From Candidatus Pelagibacterales bacterium (GTDB lineage: Bacteria; Pseudomonadota; Alphaproteobacteria; Pelagibacterales; Pelagibacteraceae): 51,687 nucleotides of DNA. Location of the stretch: NCBI GenBank assembly GCA_965235125.1, contig CBDDXH010000001.1, forward strand, positions 1 through 51,687, read 5' to 3'. The position numbers and the translations under genes are program-made. The stretch's first letter is position 1, and each line of letters opens with the position of its first letter. This document shows, piece after piece, positions 1-10,019 of the stretch. Under the pieces are notes generated by a model that searched no databases, was not told where the DNA came from, and saw nothing but the letters and a program-made list of their open reading frames with translations.

Positions 1-441
1 AAAAAATTTTTAAAATATTTTACAGAAATAGATGAGATTGAATTAGAAAAACTAATTAATGATGAAAAAAATATTAATAAGCTAAAAATTTTATTAGCTA
101 ATGAGGCTACAAAAATTTTGCATGGAGAAAAAAAATCTAAAGAATCTGAAATGACTGGAAAAGAAACTTTTGCCGGAAGTGGTGTTGGTCAAAATCTGCC
201 TGTTATTTTTATAAAAGATTCTCTTTTAAAAAATGGAATAAATATAATTGATTTTATTAATGACATTAAAATTTTAAATTCAAAAAGTGAAATTAGACGT
301 GCAATTAACGAAAGAGGTATTAAAATTAATGATAAATTAGTCACTGATGAAAAGAAAATTATTAGCATGAATGAGTTAAATAAAGATTATATTAAAGTTT
401 CTTACGGTAAGAAAAAACACTATAAAATTCAACTTAACTAA
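1..441 (+). CDS. tyrS: Tyrosine--tRNA ligase, C-terminal part (5' end outside window)
   Basis: Frame 1 is open from base 1 (KKFLKYFTEID...KILLANEATKILHG...). It ends in an S4-like RNA-binding domain (SKSEIRRAINERGIKIND...VSYGKKKH) typical of TyrS. Confidence 0.9.
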   Translation, partial: KKFLKYFTEIDEIELEKLINDEKNINKLKILLANEATKILHGEKKSKESEMTGKETFAGSGVGQNLPVIFIKDSLLKNGINIIDFINDIKILNSKSEIRRAINERGIKINDKLVTDEKKIISMNELNKDYIKVSYGKKKHYKIQLN

Positions 442-2645
442 TTATTTTTATTATCTTTCTTCTTTTTTTCTAAAGCTCTAGTAATAAATCGAGGTGTTAA
501 AGTTTTTATTGGATTAACAGTAGTTTCAATTTTACCTGGCAAGCCTTTCATTTTAAAACTCACTCCAAATATACCTTCTCCGATTTTATCTCCGATTAGA
601 ATGTTGCCAATAACTGGAATTTTTGAAATTAAATTATTTAATGTTTTTGCAGGTACTAAAGTTCCACTAAAACTTATTAATCCACTTTTGCTTTCAATGT
701 ATCCGTCCATTAGAACGGAAATACTTGGACCTAATGCTAGGATTTCTTCAACGTTAGTCACATTGTTTTCGCTTTTCATATTGATTTCTAAAATATCAAA
801 GCTCATTCCTTCGCCAGATAATAAATCTGAAACTCCTCCAAGATCTGCTAAAGTTAATAGTTTTGCTAAAGCAGGTGCTTTAATAACTTTAAAGTTTTCT
901 ATTGTCATTTTTGATACAGAGACCTTGTCATCAAATGACATTTTATAGAGTAATTTACCCCCTTTAAGACCCTCAAAAAATTTATAGTCTGATAACAAAA
1001 CCTGCGGAAGATCAGAATAGATTTCTAAGATTTTTTTATTATTTTCATTCTTCTTCAACGAAATATCAATAAATTCAGTTTTTGAAAATTCGCCTTTCGC
1101 AGAGAATTTTTCAAATTTACCATTGATGATTTTACCTATTAAATTAAAATTTTTTAATGGCACTTGCGATTTAGTATTTAAAGTATTAATTTTTATTTCA
1201 ACATCTTTAGTAAAATTTTTTATAGGATTGGCTTTACTATCGCTTGAAATCTGCTTGAGCAAATAAGTAGCATCAAATTTATTTCCAATAATATAGATTT
1301 TTTCTTTAAAAGAAATTTTAAAATTGTTATTTTCTTCATTGTTATTAAAAGTAAGAACCTCAAGATCTAAAATTGATGCTATTTCATTTTTGCTGTTTAA
1401 TTTTAGATCATTTATAGAAATTAAATTTTTATCTTCAGTAAATTTTATATAATTGAATGTAAGATTATTATTTTTGTAATTTATTTCACTTTTAATATTG
1501 CTGTTATTTTTATAATTGCTTTTATAATTTAAAAATTCTAAAAAAATATTGTCAACTAAGTCAAGATCAATAACATAAGTAGGATTTTTATTATTTAAAT
1601 CATGGGAAATTTTAAATTTTTTATTTTCTATTCCTCCTAGATTATAGAAACCATCAAACTTTAAAAGATTCGTATTTTTTGAATTTAAAGTTATTGATAA
1701 ATTTATATTAGATGCTGAAATTTTTTTAATCTGATTTTCTAAAAAGTTACTTTTAAAATTTTCTTTCAAATCTAGTTGAGCTTCTGAAATATTTCCGCTT
1801 GATTTATAATCGTAATCAATTAATTTAAAATTTTCATCAATTTTTAGTGTAAAATCATGTAATAAAGATCCTTGTATACTCAACTGATTTTTTTCTAAAA
1901 AATTTAAATTTAAATTAGTAAATAATTTCTTTATTTCACCTTCTTTTGCTTTGAGTTGGGAGTCGAATTTTCCTTCAATATCTATTTGTTTGTCTCGCTT
2001 TAAACTTATAGAACCATTAGATACTGAAATACCTTCATATTTTGCATTTAGAGAGTTTATTAACGTTAGGTTTTTATCAGTTATGAAATTAAGACTTACG
2101 TCTTGAATTAATAAATCATTTAAAACTTTAACATTAATTTTTTTTACTGAGCCATTTATTTTATAATCTTCAATTTTTAAATTTTCTCCTAACTTTATAT
2201 CAATGAAAATTTTTTCAATCTCTCCATTATTTAAATTATTGAGTAAATAATTTTTAAAATTGGAAGGTTTGATCCTAATGGCTATTTTTTGAATATCAGT
2301 AATGTTAAAATTTTCAAAAGAAAAAATAGCTCTGTTTATTTCATTTTTTGATTTTAAAACTGATATTATTTTAGTGTAAAGATTTATTTCTTTAATTGGT
2401 ATTTTAATATTCTGATAAATAATTTTTGGCTCTACTGTTGAGAGATAAACCTGAAATTTTTTAATATCAAATTTAATTTTTATTTCATCTAATGAAAGCT
2501 CAATATTAGGTTCTTTTTTTTTAATTTCACTGATAATTATGCTATTAAATTTAGATGTTTTAATTCCAAATACAGAAAGATAAAAAATAGAACCAATAGC
2601 TAATGCTATTATGATTAAAAAAGATCTAAAAATTATTTTTTTCAT
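438..2645 (-). CDS. AsmA-like/YhdP-type protein (N-terminal membrane anchor, AsmA-like C-terminal domain)
   Basis: 735 aa. N-terminal hydrophobic helix, long beta-rich body, and C-terminal GTLVPAKTLNNLISKIPVIGNIL...GIFGVSFKMKG...VNPIKTLTPRF typical of alphaproteobacterial AsmA-like proteins. Confidence 0.7.
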   Translation of the reverse strand: MKKIIFRSFLIIIALAIGSIFYLSVFGIKTSKFNSIIISEIKKKEPNIELSLDEIKIKFDIKKFQVYLSTVEPKIIYQNIKIPIKEINLYTKIISVLKSKNEINRAIFSFENFNITDIQKIAIRIKPSNFKNYLLNNLNNGEIEKIFIDIKLGENLKIEDYKINGSVKKINVKVLNDLLIQDVSLNFITDKNLTLINSLNAKYEGISVSNGSISLKRDKQIDIEGKFDSQLKAKEGEIKKLFTNLNLNFLEKNQLSIQGSLLHDFTLKIDENFKLIDYDYKSSGNISEAQLDLKENFKSNFLENQIKKISASNINLSITLNSKNTNLLKFDGFYNLGGIENKKFKISHDLNNKNPTYVIDLDLVDNIFLEFLNYKSNYKNNSNIKSEINYKNNNLTFNYIKFTEDKNLISINDLKLNSKNEIASILDLEVLTFNNNEENNNFKISFKEKIYIIGNKFDATYLLKQISSDSKANPIKNFTKDVEIKINTLNTKSQVPLKNFNLIGKIINGKFEKFSAKGEFSKTEFIDISLKKNENNKKILEIYSDLPQVLLSDYKFFEGLKGGKLLYKMSFDDKVSVSKMTIENFKVIKAPALAKLLTLADLGGVSDLLSGEGMSFDILEINMKSENNVTNVEEILALGPSISVLMDGYIESKSGLISFSGTLVPAKTLNNLISKIPVIGNILIGDKIGEGIFGVSFKMKGLPGKIETTVNPIKTLTPRFITRALEKKKKDNKNN

Positions 2646-3734
2646 TATGATTTAAAAAAATGTCCTTCGATAAACTGATCTAGGTTACCGTTTAAAATAT
2701 CTTCTGGGTCTGTACTTTCAACTTTAGATCTTAAATCTTTTACAAGTTGATAGGGTTGTAAAACATAAGAACGTATCTGATGTCCCCAGCCAATATCTGT
2801 TTTTGCACTTACGTTTTTTTGTTCTTGCTCTTCTCTTTTTTGTAATTCATGTTCATATAATCTTGCTTTCAACATTTTATAACATGTTTCTTTATTTTTA
2901 TGTTGTGATCTTTGATTCTGACACTGAACAACAATCTTGGTTGGTAAATGAGTAATTCTAACCGCACTATCTGTAACGTTAACGTGCTGACCTCCGGCCC
3001 CACTTGATCTATAAGTGTCAATTCTTAAATCTTTTTCATCAATTTTAATATCAATTGCATCATCTATTGAAGGATAAACCCAAACACTAGCAAAGCTAGT
3101 ATGTCTTCTTGAACCGCTATCAAAAGGAGATATTCTTACCAATCTATGCACGCCTGACTCATTTTTCATTAGTCCATAAAGATATTCTCCACTTACTTTT
3201 ATGGTTGAAGACTTAATTCCAGCTTCTTCGCCTTTATGTTCGCTAATAATTTCAGATGTAAATGATTTTTTATCGAACCATTTTAAATACATTTTCCTCA
3301 ACATTTCAGCCCAATCTTGACTTTCGGTTCCCCCAGCACCAGCATGAATTTCTAAATATATATCTAGATAGTCATTTTCTCCTGATAAAAAACAGCTAAT
3401 CTCAGTTTTTTTTATTTTTTTTTCTATTTCTTTAATCTTATTTAAACAATCAGAGATTGTTGCTTCATCAGATTCCTCTTTTGCTAAGTTATAAATATCT
3501 CTAAGGTTTTGAAGATCTTTTTTAGAATTATTAAACAAATCGAAAATAGTTTCAAAATGTTTTTTTTCTTTAACTGTTTTTTTTACTTTATTATTATCTT
3601 TCCAAAAATCTTCTTTTGCAATTATAGAATTTAAATCATCTAATTTTGATTTAATATTATTGGTTTCAAAGATACCCCCTAATATTAATCAATGCTTTTT
3701 CGGCTAAGTCTATTTGTGTCTCTATAAATTCCAT
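2645..3734 (-). CDS. prfB: Peptide chain release factor 2 (programmed +1 frameshift after codon 22)
   Basis: SPF and GGQ motifs in ORF 2645..3538. The true start is ATG 3734 (MEFIETQIDLAEKALINIRGYL), followed by CTT TGA. The +1 frame (ETNNIKSKLDDL...FWKD) runs into the listed ORF, giving 362 aa. Confidence 0.95.
3665..3680 (-). promoter_or_regulatory. prfB +1 frameshift cassette (internal SD + shifty stop)
   Basis: Minus strand reads AGGGGG TAT CTT TGA A. Confidence 0.95.
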
Positions 3735-6082
3735 TAATAAAACTGTCTAAATTTAATCAAACTATCATAATTTAATTTTTTATCTAAATTATTATTTCGC
3801 ATTCTGTCAACATCCTTTGATTTAAACGCTTCGACAATTGCTTCCGCGTTGCTAAAATTTTCTTTTTTTCCAGTGTTATAATCAATTGCTGCAAAAAATA
3901 TTTCTTCTGGAACAGAAAATGGCTTAAATTCATCCTTGTATAAAGCTTGCCTAACAAAATTTTTAAATATTGGTAATGCTGCTACAGCTCCAGTTTCATT
4001 CTTACCTAGTGTTTTTGGATCGTCAAACCCAATATAGACTCCAACTATTAGTTTTGATGTTGCCCCTATAAACCAAGCATCATAATTATCATTAGTTGTT
4101 CCTGTCTTTCCAGCAAGAGGTACATTTAAATCCTTAAGATTTTTACCTGTTCCCCTTTGAACGGCTCCTTCTAGCATTGATAAAATTTGGTAGGAAGTTT
4201 CTTTGCTTATAACCTGTTTGTAGTTATCTTTTAAGTATGGAGTTAAGTTTTCTGTTTCTGAAAATTTGTCACATCCGACACATTCTCTTTTATCGGAATT
4301 ATAAATAGTTTTACCTCTTCTATCTTGAATTCTTTCAATAAAAATAGGATTAGTTTTTTTTCCACCATTAACAAATATAGTGTAAGCATTTGTAATTTGG
4401 AGCAAAGTTGTCTCAGCTGAACCTAATGATACTGATAATAGTTCTGGAATTTCATTATAAATATCTAATTCATTAGATAAATCTAATATTTTTTTTAATC
4501 CTAAATCTTGAGCTATTCTCACTGTCATTAAATTTCTAGAATATTCTATACCTTTTCTTAAAGTAGATGGGCCATAAAATTCTTTACCATAATTTTCTGG
4601 TTTCCAATTTTTTAAACCAACACCTTGTTCGGCCGTAAAAGGAGCATCAAGTATTATAGAATTTGGCAAAAAATTATTCTCTAATGCTGCGGCATAGACA
4701 AAAGGCTTGAAAGCAGAACCTGGCTGCCTTTTAGCTTGTGTTGCTCTATTAAATTCACTTGAGTTAAAACTAAATCCACCAGCTAAAGCTTTAATTTTTC
4801 CATTAAATGGATCTATAACTACAATAGCACCATTAACATTTGGATATTGTTTTAGCTCCCACTTTTGATTTGTATCTTTATTTATATAGATTACGTCATT
4901 TATTTTAAATGAATCGTAAATAGTTTTTCTAATCGCCCATTTCAAATTATTAATTGCAATGGTTCCTTGCTCTTCTTTATTTAAAATTTTAAAAACTATT
5001 TCTGAATCTTTAACGTTTATAATTTCAGCTAAACTCCAATTTAAACTAGAGTCTAATTTTTTTTCATTTAAAATTTCCTGCCAATTATTTTTAGTTTTTG
5101 TATTTAAAATTGGACCTCTCCATCCATGTCTTCTGTCATAGGCCTCTATTCCTGAACGCAAAGCGCTCAATGCATAAAGCTGATAATTAACATCTAGGGC
5201 AGATTTAATAGATAATCCTTCAGCGTAAAGTTTATCAAATCCATACTTATCTTTAATTGTTTTTCTAATTTCCTCAGTGTAATAATTAGCTTCTTCGAGA
5301 AGTTCTATTTTTCTTTTTTTTAAATTAATTTCTTCTAACTTATATTTTTCTAATTCACTATTACTAATAAAATTATTTTCATTTAAATTTTGTAATACTA
5401 AGTTTCTTCTTAATTTTGCTTCTTCATAAGATTTAAATGGATTGTACTTATTTGGTGCTTTTGGTAGAGCAGCTAATAATGCTGCCTCTGAATAATTAAG
5501 TTCTTTAACAGATTTGTCGAAATATTCTAGGCTTGCCGCGGCCACTCCGTAAGTGCCGCTGCCTAGATAAATCTGATTTAAGTAAAGCTCTAAAATTTTT
5601 TCTTTGGTATATGCTTTTTCTATTCTAAAAGCTAAAATAGCTTCTTTGATTTTTCTTTTTAAAGAAACCTCATTCGTCAATAAGAAGTTTTTTGAAACTT
5701 GTTGTGTTATAGTTGATGCGCCTTGTAATCTTTTATCATTAACAATATTCTTAAAATTATTAATTACTGCTCTTAAGATACCTTGTGGGTCTATGCCGGA
5801 ATGATCAAAAAAATTTTTATCTTCAGCTGAAATGAAGGCGTTTATTATGAGTTTAGGTATTGAATCATAAGGAATAAAAAGTCTTTTTTCGACAGCGTAT
5901 TCTGCGATCAAATCTCCGTTATTTGCATATACTCTGCTTGAAACTGGCGGTTCATAAGTTTCTAATTTTTTATAATCAGGTAATCCTGAAGATAAATACA
6001 AAAAACCAGAAAAAAATATAAATAATATAAATAAAAAAGAAATAATTGCCGATTTTACAAAGATGTTAAAATGACTAAACAT
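3734..6082 (-). CDS. mrcA: Penicillin-binding protein 1A (transglycosylase/transpeptidase)
   Basis: Transglycosylase motifs EDKNFFDHSG and GASTITQQ. Transpeptidase motifs SAFK (SxxK), SRN and KTG. N-terminal TM helix. Confidence 0.93.
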   Translation of the reverse strand: MFSHFNIFVKSAIISFLFILFIFFSGFLYLSSGLPDYKKLETYEPPVSSRVYANNGDLIAEYAVEKRLFIPYDSIPKLIINAFISAEDKNFFDHSGIDPQGILRAVINNFKNIVNDKRLQGASTITQQVSKNFLLTNEVSLKRKIKEAILAFRIEKAYTKEKILELYLNQIYLGSGTYGVAAASLEYFDKSVKELNYSEAALLAALPKAPNKYNPFKSYEEAKLRRNLVLQNLNENNFISNSELEKYKLEEINLKKRKIELLEEANYYTEEIRKTIKDKYGFDKLYAEGLSIKSALDVNYQLYALSALRSGIEAYDRRHGWRGPILNTKTKNNWQEILNEKKLDSSLNWSLAEIINVKDSEIVFKILNKEEQGTIAINNLKWAIRKTIYDSFKINDVIYINKDTNQKWELKQYPNVNGAIVVIDPFNGKIKALAGGFSFNSSEFNRATQAKRQPGSAFKPFVYAAALENNFLPNSIILDAPFTAEQGVGLKNWKPENYGKEFYGPSTLRKGIEYSRNLMTVRIAQDLGLKKILDLSNELDIYNEIPELLSVSLGSAETTLLQITNAYTIFVNGGKKTNPIFIERIQDRRGKTIYNSDKRECVGCDKFSETENLTPYLKDNYKQVISKETSYQILSMLEGAVQRGTGKNLKDLNVPLAGKTGTTNDNYDAWFIGATSKLIVGVYIGFDDPKTLGKNETGAVAALPIFKNFVRQALYKDEFKPFSVPEEIFFAAIDYNTGKKENFSNAEAIVEAFKSKDVDRMRNNNLDKKLNYDSLIKFRQFY

Positions 6083-6238
6083 GATTCTTATCAGATAAAG
6101 CTTAAATTTTGGCTATCTTAAGGCGCATTTTTAGACTTCTATTGTTGATGAATAAACTCAAAAAGTTTTATATAAGATCATCATGGAAAATCTTAAACAA
6201 AAATTTTTAAATTTAATCATTAAAGGAATTCATTCGAA

Positions 6239-8143
6239 ATGGAAAAAAATTTATATATCGATGCCTCGCATCCAGAAGAAACTAGAATTGTTCTCAGATC
6301 AGAAAATGGAATTGAAGCATACGAGTACGAAAACAAAAATAAACTAAATTTCAAAAGCAATATTTATTTAGGTACTGTAAGTAGAGTTGAGCCCTCCTTG
6401 CAGGCGGCTTTCATTAATTTCGGTAGAGTTAAACATGGATTTCTTGCATTTAATGACATTCAGTCAGATTATTATCAAATTCCAACTGAGGATAAGGAAA
6501 GACTTCAAGAAGTAGAAGAAAAAATAAGGGAAGATTTAAAAAATGAAAACTTAAATGATTTAAATAATGGAATTAACACAGATGATGAATCAGTAAATGG
6601 AAATAATAAGGATTTAGAAAATAGTGAAAAAAATCCTGCAATTGTCAAAGAGGAAAACTCTGAGTCAATAATTTATAAAAATGAAGATGATGCTCCAGCT
6701 GAAATAGAGAAAAAAAATAATGTAAGAGAAAAATTAAAAAATTCATATGGTGTTAAAAGATATAGAATTCAGGAAGTTATAAAGCCAGGTCAAGTAATTT
6801 TAATTCAAGTAATTAAAGAGGAAAGAGGAAATAAAGGTTCTGCGTTAACTACTTTTATATCTTTAGCCGGAAAATATATGGTCTTAATGCCTAACACAGC
6901 CAAAGGTGGCGGTATATCCAGAAAAATTTTTAATTCTGCTGATAGAACAAAAATAAGAAATATTCTAAATGAAATTGAGATACCTAAAAGTATGGGGGTT
7001 ATTGTTAGAACTGCAGGAGCTAATAAAACTAAGAATGAAATTGAAAAAGATTTCCAAAATACTTTAAAAACATGGGATCAAATCCAAAGTAAAACTTTGG
7101 ACTCTAATGCGCCATCATTAATTTATGAAGAAGGAGATATTATAAAAAGAGCTCTAAGAGATATATATGATAACGATACATTAAATATTTATGTAGATGG
7201 TAATGACTGCTATCAAAAAACTAAATCATTTATTAAAGAATTAATGCCAAAAAGTGCGAAATTTTTAAAAAAACATAAAAGTAAAATTCCATTATTTCAT
7301 GAGGCTGGAATTGAAAAAGAACTTAATAATATTTTTGATCCAGTAGTTAAATTAAAATCTGGCGGTTATTTAGTAATTAACCCGACTGAGGCTTTAGTTG
7401 CTATAGATATTAATTCTGGACAATCAATTAAAGCCTCTAATATTGAAAAAACTGCTTTGAATACTAATTTAGAAGCTGCAGAAGAAATAGCAAAACAAAT
7501 TAAAATTAGAGATTTGTCTGGTTTAATTGTCATAGATTTTATCGATATGATGAATTTCTTTAACAAAAGATTAGTAGAAAAAAAAATAAGAGAAGCTGTT
7601 AGGAACGATAGAGCAAGAATCCAAGTTGGTAAGATTAGTGCTTTTGGATTGTTGGAAATGACCAGACAAAGACTTAGAGAAAGTTCAGTTAAATGGGAAA
7701 CAAATTTATCTTTGGAATCTTTTGCTTTAAAAATAATAAAAAAATCAGAAATGCTATCATTTACAGATAAAGTAAAGAGTATAGACGTTCATGTTCCTGA
7801 AAAAGTTAAGATTTATATAAATAAAATTTTAAATAAGGAAATTAATTATTTTGAAAGTAAATTCAAAATAAAAATCAATTTTATGGCAGATCCTCAACTT
7901 ATTATCCCCGAGTATAGTCTCAATTTATTCGATAAAAATAAAAAATTAATTAATAAAATTGAAAATATAAATAAAATTGAAGGATTTGAGAAGTTAACTG
8001 AAGAAAAAACAAATGAGGTAAAAAATTTAACAAAAGATGAAAATAATAAAAAATCTGTTTTGGTGAAAAAAAAAAATAATGAAAAAAAAGAGAAAAAAAA
8101 ATCTCCTAGAACACTGTGGGTGAGAAGAAAAAAACCTTCCTAG
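6239..8143 (+). CDS. rne: Ribonuclease E/G family endoribonuclease
   Basis: [52 protein letters not shown]. Acidic S1-domain insertion typical of alphaproteobacteria. SD-like AAAGGA at 6222-6227. Confidence 0.93.
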   Translation: MEKNLYIDASHPEETRIVLRSENGIEAYEYENKNKLNFKSNIYLGTVSRVEPSLQAAFINFGRVKHGFLAFNDIQSDYYQIPTEDKERLQEVEEKIREDLKNENLNDLNNGINTDDESVNGNNKDLENSEKNPAIVKEENSESIIYKNEDDAPAEIEKKNNVREKLKNSYGVKRYRIQEVIKPGQVILIQVIKEERGNKGSALTTFISLAGKYMVLMPNTAKGGGISRKIFNSADRTKIRNILNEIEIPKSMGVIVRTAGANKTKNEIEKDFQNTLKTWDQIQSKTLDSNAPSLIYEEGDIIKRALRDIYDNDTLNIYVDGNDCYQKTKSFIKELMPKSAKFLKKHKSKIPLFHEAGIEKELNNIFDPVVKLKSGGYLVINPTEALVAIDINSGQSIKASNIEKTALNTNLEAAEEIAKQIKIRDLSGLIVIDFIDMMNFFNKRLVEKKIREAVRNDRARIQVGKISAFGLLEMTRQRLRESSVKWETNLSLESFALKIIKKSEMLSFTDKVKSIDVHVPEKVKIYINKILNKEINYFESKFKIKINFMADPQLIIPEYSLNLFDKNKKLINKIENINKIEGFEKLTEEKTNEVKNLTKDENNKKSVLVKKKNNEKKEKKKSPRTLWVRRKKPS

Positions 8144-8913
8144 ATTAAACCTTTAGATGGACTGCTGGCATCTGCATAAAATGATTTTTGCATTCTGACA
8201 GCGATAAAAGATTGACGGCCAGAGATTACTGCGTTTTTGAAAGATTGTGCCATTAAAAGAGGATTTTTTGCTTTAGCAATTGCACTATTAACTAAAACTC
8301 CATCACATCCTAATTCCATCGCAATAGTTGCATCAGAAGCTGTGCCAATGCCAGCATCAACTATAATTGGTACCTTAGCGTTTTTAATTATAATAGATAA
8401 ATTAATTTTATTTTGTATTCCTTGGCCTGAACCTATTGGAGAGGCTAATGGCATTACAGCGGATGCACCTAGATACTCCAGCTCTTTGGCCAATAATGGA
8501 TCGTCTGAACAATAAACTAAAACTTTAAATCCTTCTTGAACTAATACTTTAGTTGCTTTTAATGTTTCTATCATATCAGGATATAAAGTTTTTTTATCTC
8601 CAATGACCTCTAATTTGACCATTTTCCATCCACCTATCTCTCGAGCCAATCTTAATGTTCTCAGAGATTCATCTGCGTTAAAGCAGCCTGCAGTATTAGG
8701 AAGATATTTTATTAGTTTTGGGTTTAAATAATCGGTTAATATAGGTTTTTTTTTATCTAAAATATTTAATCGTCTAATAGCTACAGTAACCATGTTAGCT
8801 CCAGATGCTTTAACCGCTTCAGCTGTTTCTTTAAAATTTTTATATTTGCCAGTACCTACAATTAATCTAGATTTTAGAATTTGATTATCTATTTTAAAAA
8901 TATCTTTCTTCAT
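8140..8913 (-). CDS. thiG: Thiazole synthase
   Basis: [40 protein letters not shown]. Confidence 0.95.
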   Translation of the reverse strand: MKKDIFKIDNQILKSRLIVGTGKYKNFKETAEAVKASGANMVTVAIRRLNILDKKKPILTDYLNPKLIKYLPNTAGCFNADESLRTLRLAREIGGWKMVKLEVIGDKKTLYPDMIETLKATKVLVQEGFKVLVYCSDDPLLAKELEYLGASAVMPLASPIGSGQGIQNKINLSIIIKNAKVPIIVDAGIGTASDATIAMELGCDGVLVNSAIAKAKNPLLMAQSFKNAVISGRQSFIAVRMQKSFYADASSPSKGLI

Positions 8914-8918
8914 AAGGA

Positions 8919-9122
8919 TTACCCACCGCCAATAAAATGCACTATTTCAATTTTGTCCTTATTTTTTATATAAATTAATTTATATTTATTTCGATTAATT
9001 ATCTTACCGTTTAATTCAACTGCAACTTTTTTACTTTCGATTTTATATTTTTTTAATAATATGGCTATAGAGTATTTATTACTTAATTTTAAATTACGTC
9101 CATTTAATTGTATTTTAACCAT
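8919..9122 (-). CDS. thiS: Sulfur carrier protein ThiS
   Basis: 67 aa with VAVELNG and C-terminal EIVHFIGGG; directly upstream of thiG. Confidence 0.93.
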   Translation of the reverse strand: MVKIQLNGRNLKLSNKYSIAILLKKYKIESKKVAVELNGKIINRNKYKLIYIKNKDKIEIVHFIGGG

Positions 9123-9156
9123 AATTAAGATATCTAATATATCTACTTTTCAAAAA

Positions 9157-9618
9157 ATGAAGTACAAAATTATTATAATTAATGGTCCGAACCTTAATCT
9201 TTTAGGCGAAAGAGAGATAAACAAATACGGGGCTGTAACGTTAAAAAAAATTGAAAAAGATTGTAAAAATTTTGCAAAAAAAAAAGATATTCAAGTAACT
9301 TTCAAACAATCGAATATTGAAGGTAAAATTATAGATTTTATTCAAAATTCTAGAAAAAAATTTCATGGTTTAATAATTAATGCTGCTGGATATACCCATA
9401 CATCAGTAGCAATTAGAGATGCTCTTATGATTCTAACAATGCCTATAGTAGAATTACACATTACAAATATATACAATAGGGAAAAATTCAGACATAAATC
9501 TTTAATAAGTAAGACGGCAAGAAGTATTATTTGTGGTTTTGGAGTAAAAGGCTATATTTTAGCATTAGAAGGAATTAAAGAAATTATAAAAAATGAAGAT
9601 AGACAAAAAGTTAATTAA
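9157..9618 (+). CDS. aroQ: Type II 3-dehydroquinate dehydratase
   Basis: NGPNLNLLGERE, QSNIEG, INAAGYTHTSVAIRDA. Start moved to ATG 9157 because the 9061 start overlaps thiS. Confidence 0.93.
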   Translation: MKYKIIIINGPNLNLLGEREINKYGAVTLKKIEKDCKNFAKKKDIQVTFKQSNIEGKIIDFIQNSRKKFHGLIINAAGYTHTSVAIRDALMILTMPIVELHITNIYNREKFRHKSLISKTARSIICGFGVKGYILALEGIKEIIKNEDRQKVN

Positions 9619-10015
9619 AGAGCTTGTAGATAATTTAGACGAATTCAAATTAACTGAGCTTGAATATCAAAATGGCGATACGAAAATAAAGGTTTCCAAA
9701 GCATTCAAAGCAGCTGGTATAGGTAAATTATCTGAAAATTTGATTTCTAACAACAAAGCTGTCTTAAATGAGGAAGAAGAAGGAATTAGAATAAAGTCTC
9801 CAATTATTGGCACAGCTTATTTGGCACCCGAACCAGGTGCAAATCATTTTGTTAAAGTTGGAGAAAAAATCAAAAAAGGACAAACAATAATGATCGTTGA
9901 AGCTATGAAAACAATGAATCATATCCCCACTACAAGAGACGGAGAAGTAAAAAAAATATTAGTAAAAGATGGTCAGCCTGTTGAATTTGGACAAACCTTA
10001 ATTCTTTTAAAATAA
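9593..10015 (+). CDS. accB: Acetyl-CoA carboxylase biotin carboxyl carrier protein
   Basis: IKSPIIGTAY and the EAMKTM biotinylation motif; lies between aroQ and accC. Confidence 0.95.
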   Translation: MKIDKKLIKELVDNLDEFKLTELEYQNGDTKIKVSKAFKAAGIGKLSENLISNNKAVLNEEEEGIRIKSPIIGTAYLAPEPGANHFVKVGEKIKKGQTIMIVEAMKTMNHIPTTRDGEVKKILVKDGQPVEFGQTLILLK

Positions 10016-10019
10016 TTTA

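Noticed and set aside
2645-3538. prfB as a 5'-truncated pseudogene
   Set aside because: The missing N-terminus is present upstream and joined by the canonical programmed frameshift.
6530-6750. Acidic low-complexity insert in RNase E as an intein or foreign insertion
   Set aside because: It matches the usual alphaproteobacterial S1-domain insertion and has no intein terminal motifs.
9061-9156. N-terminal extension of AroQ
   Set aside because: It overlaps thiS on the opposite strand; homology starts at Met 9157.
9123-9156. TPP riboswitch upstream of thiS-thiG
   Set aside because: The spacer is only 34 bp and lacks the conserved CUGAGA-type core.
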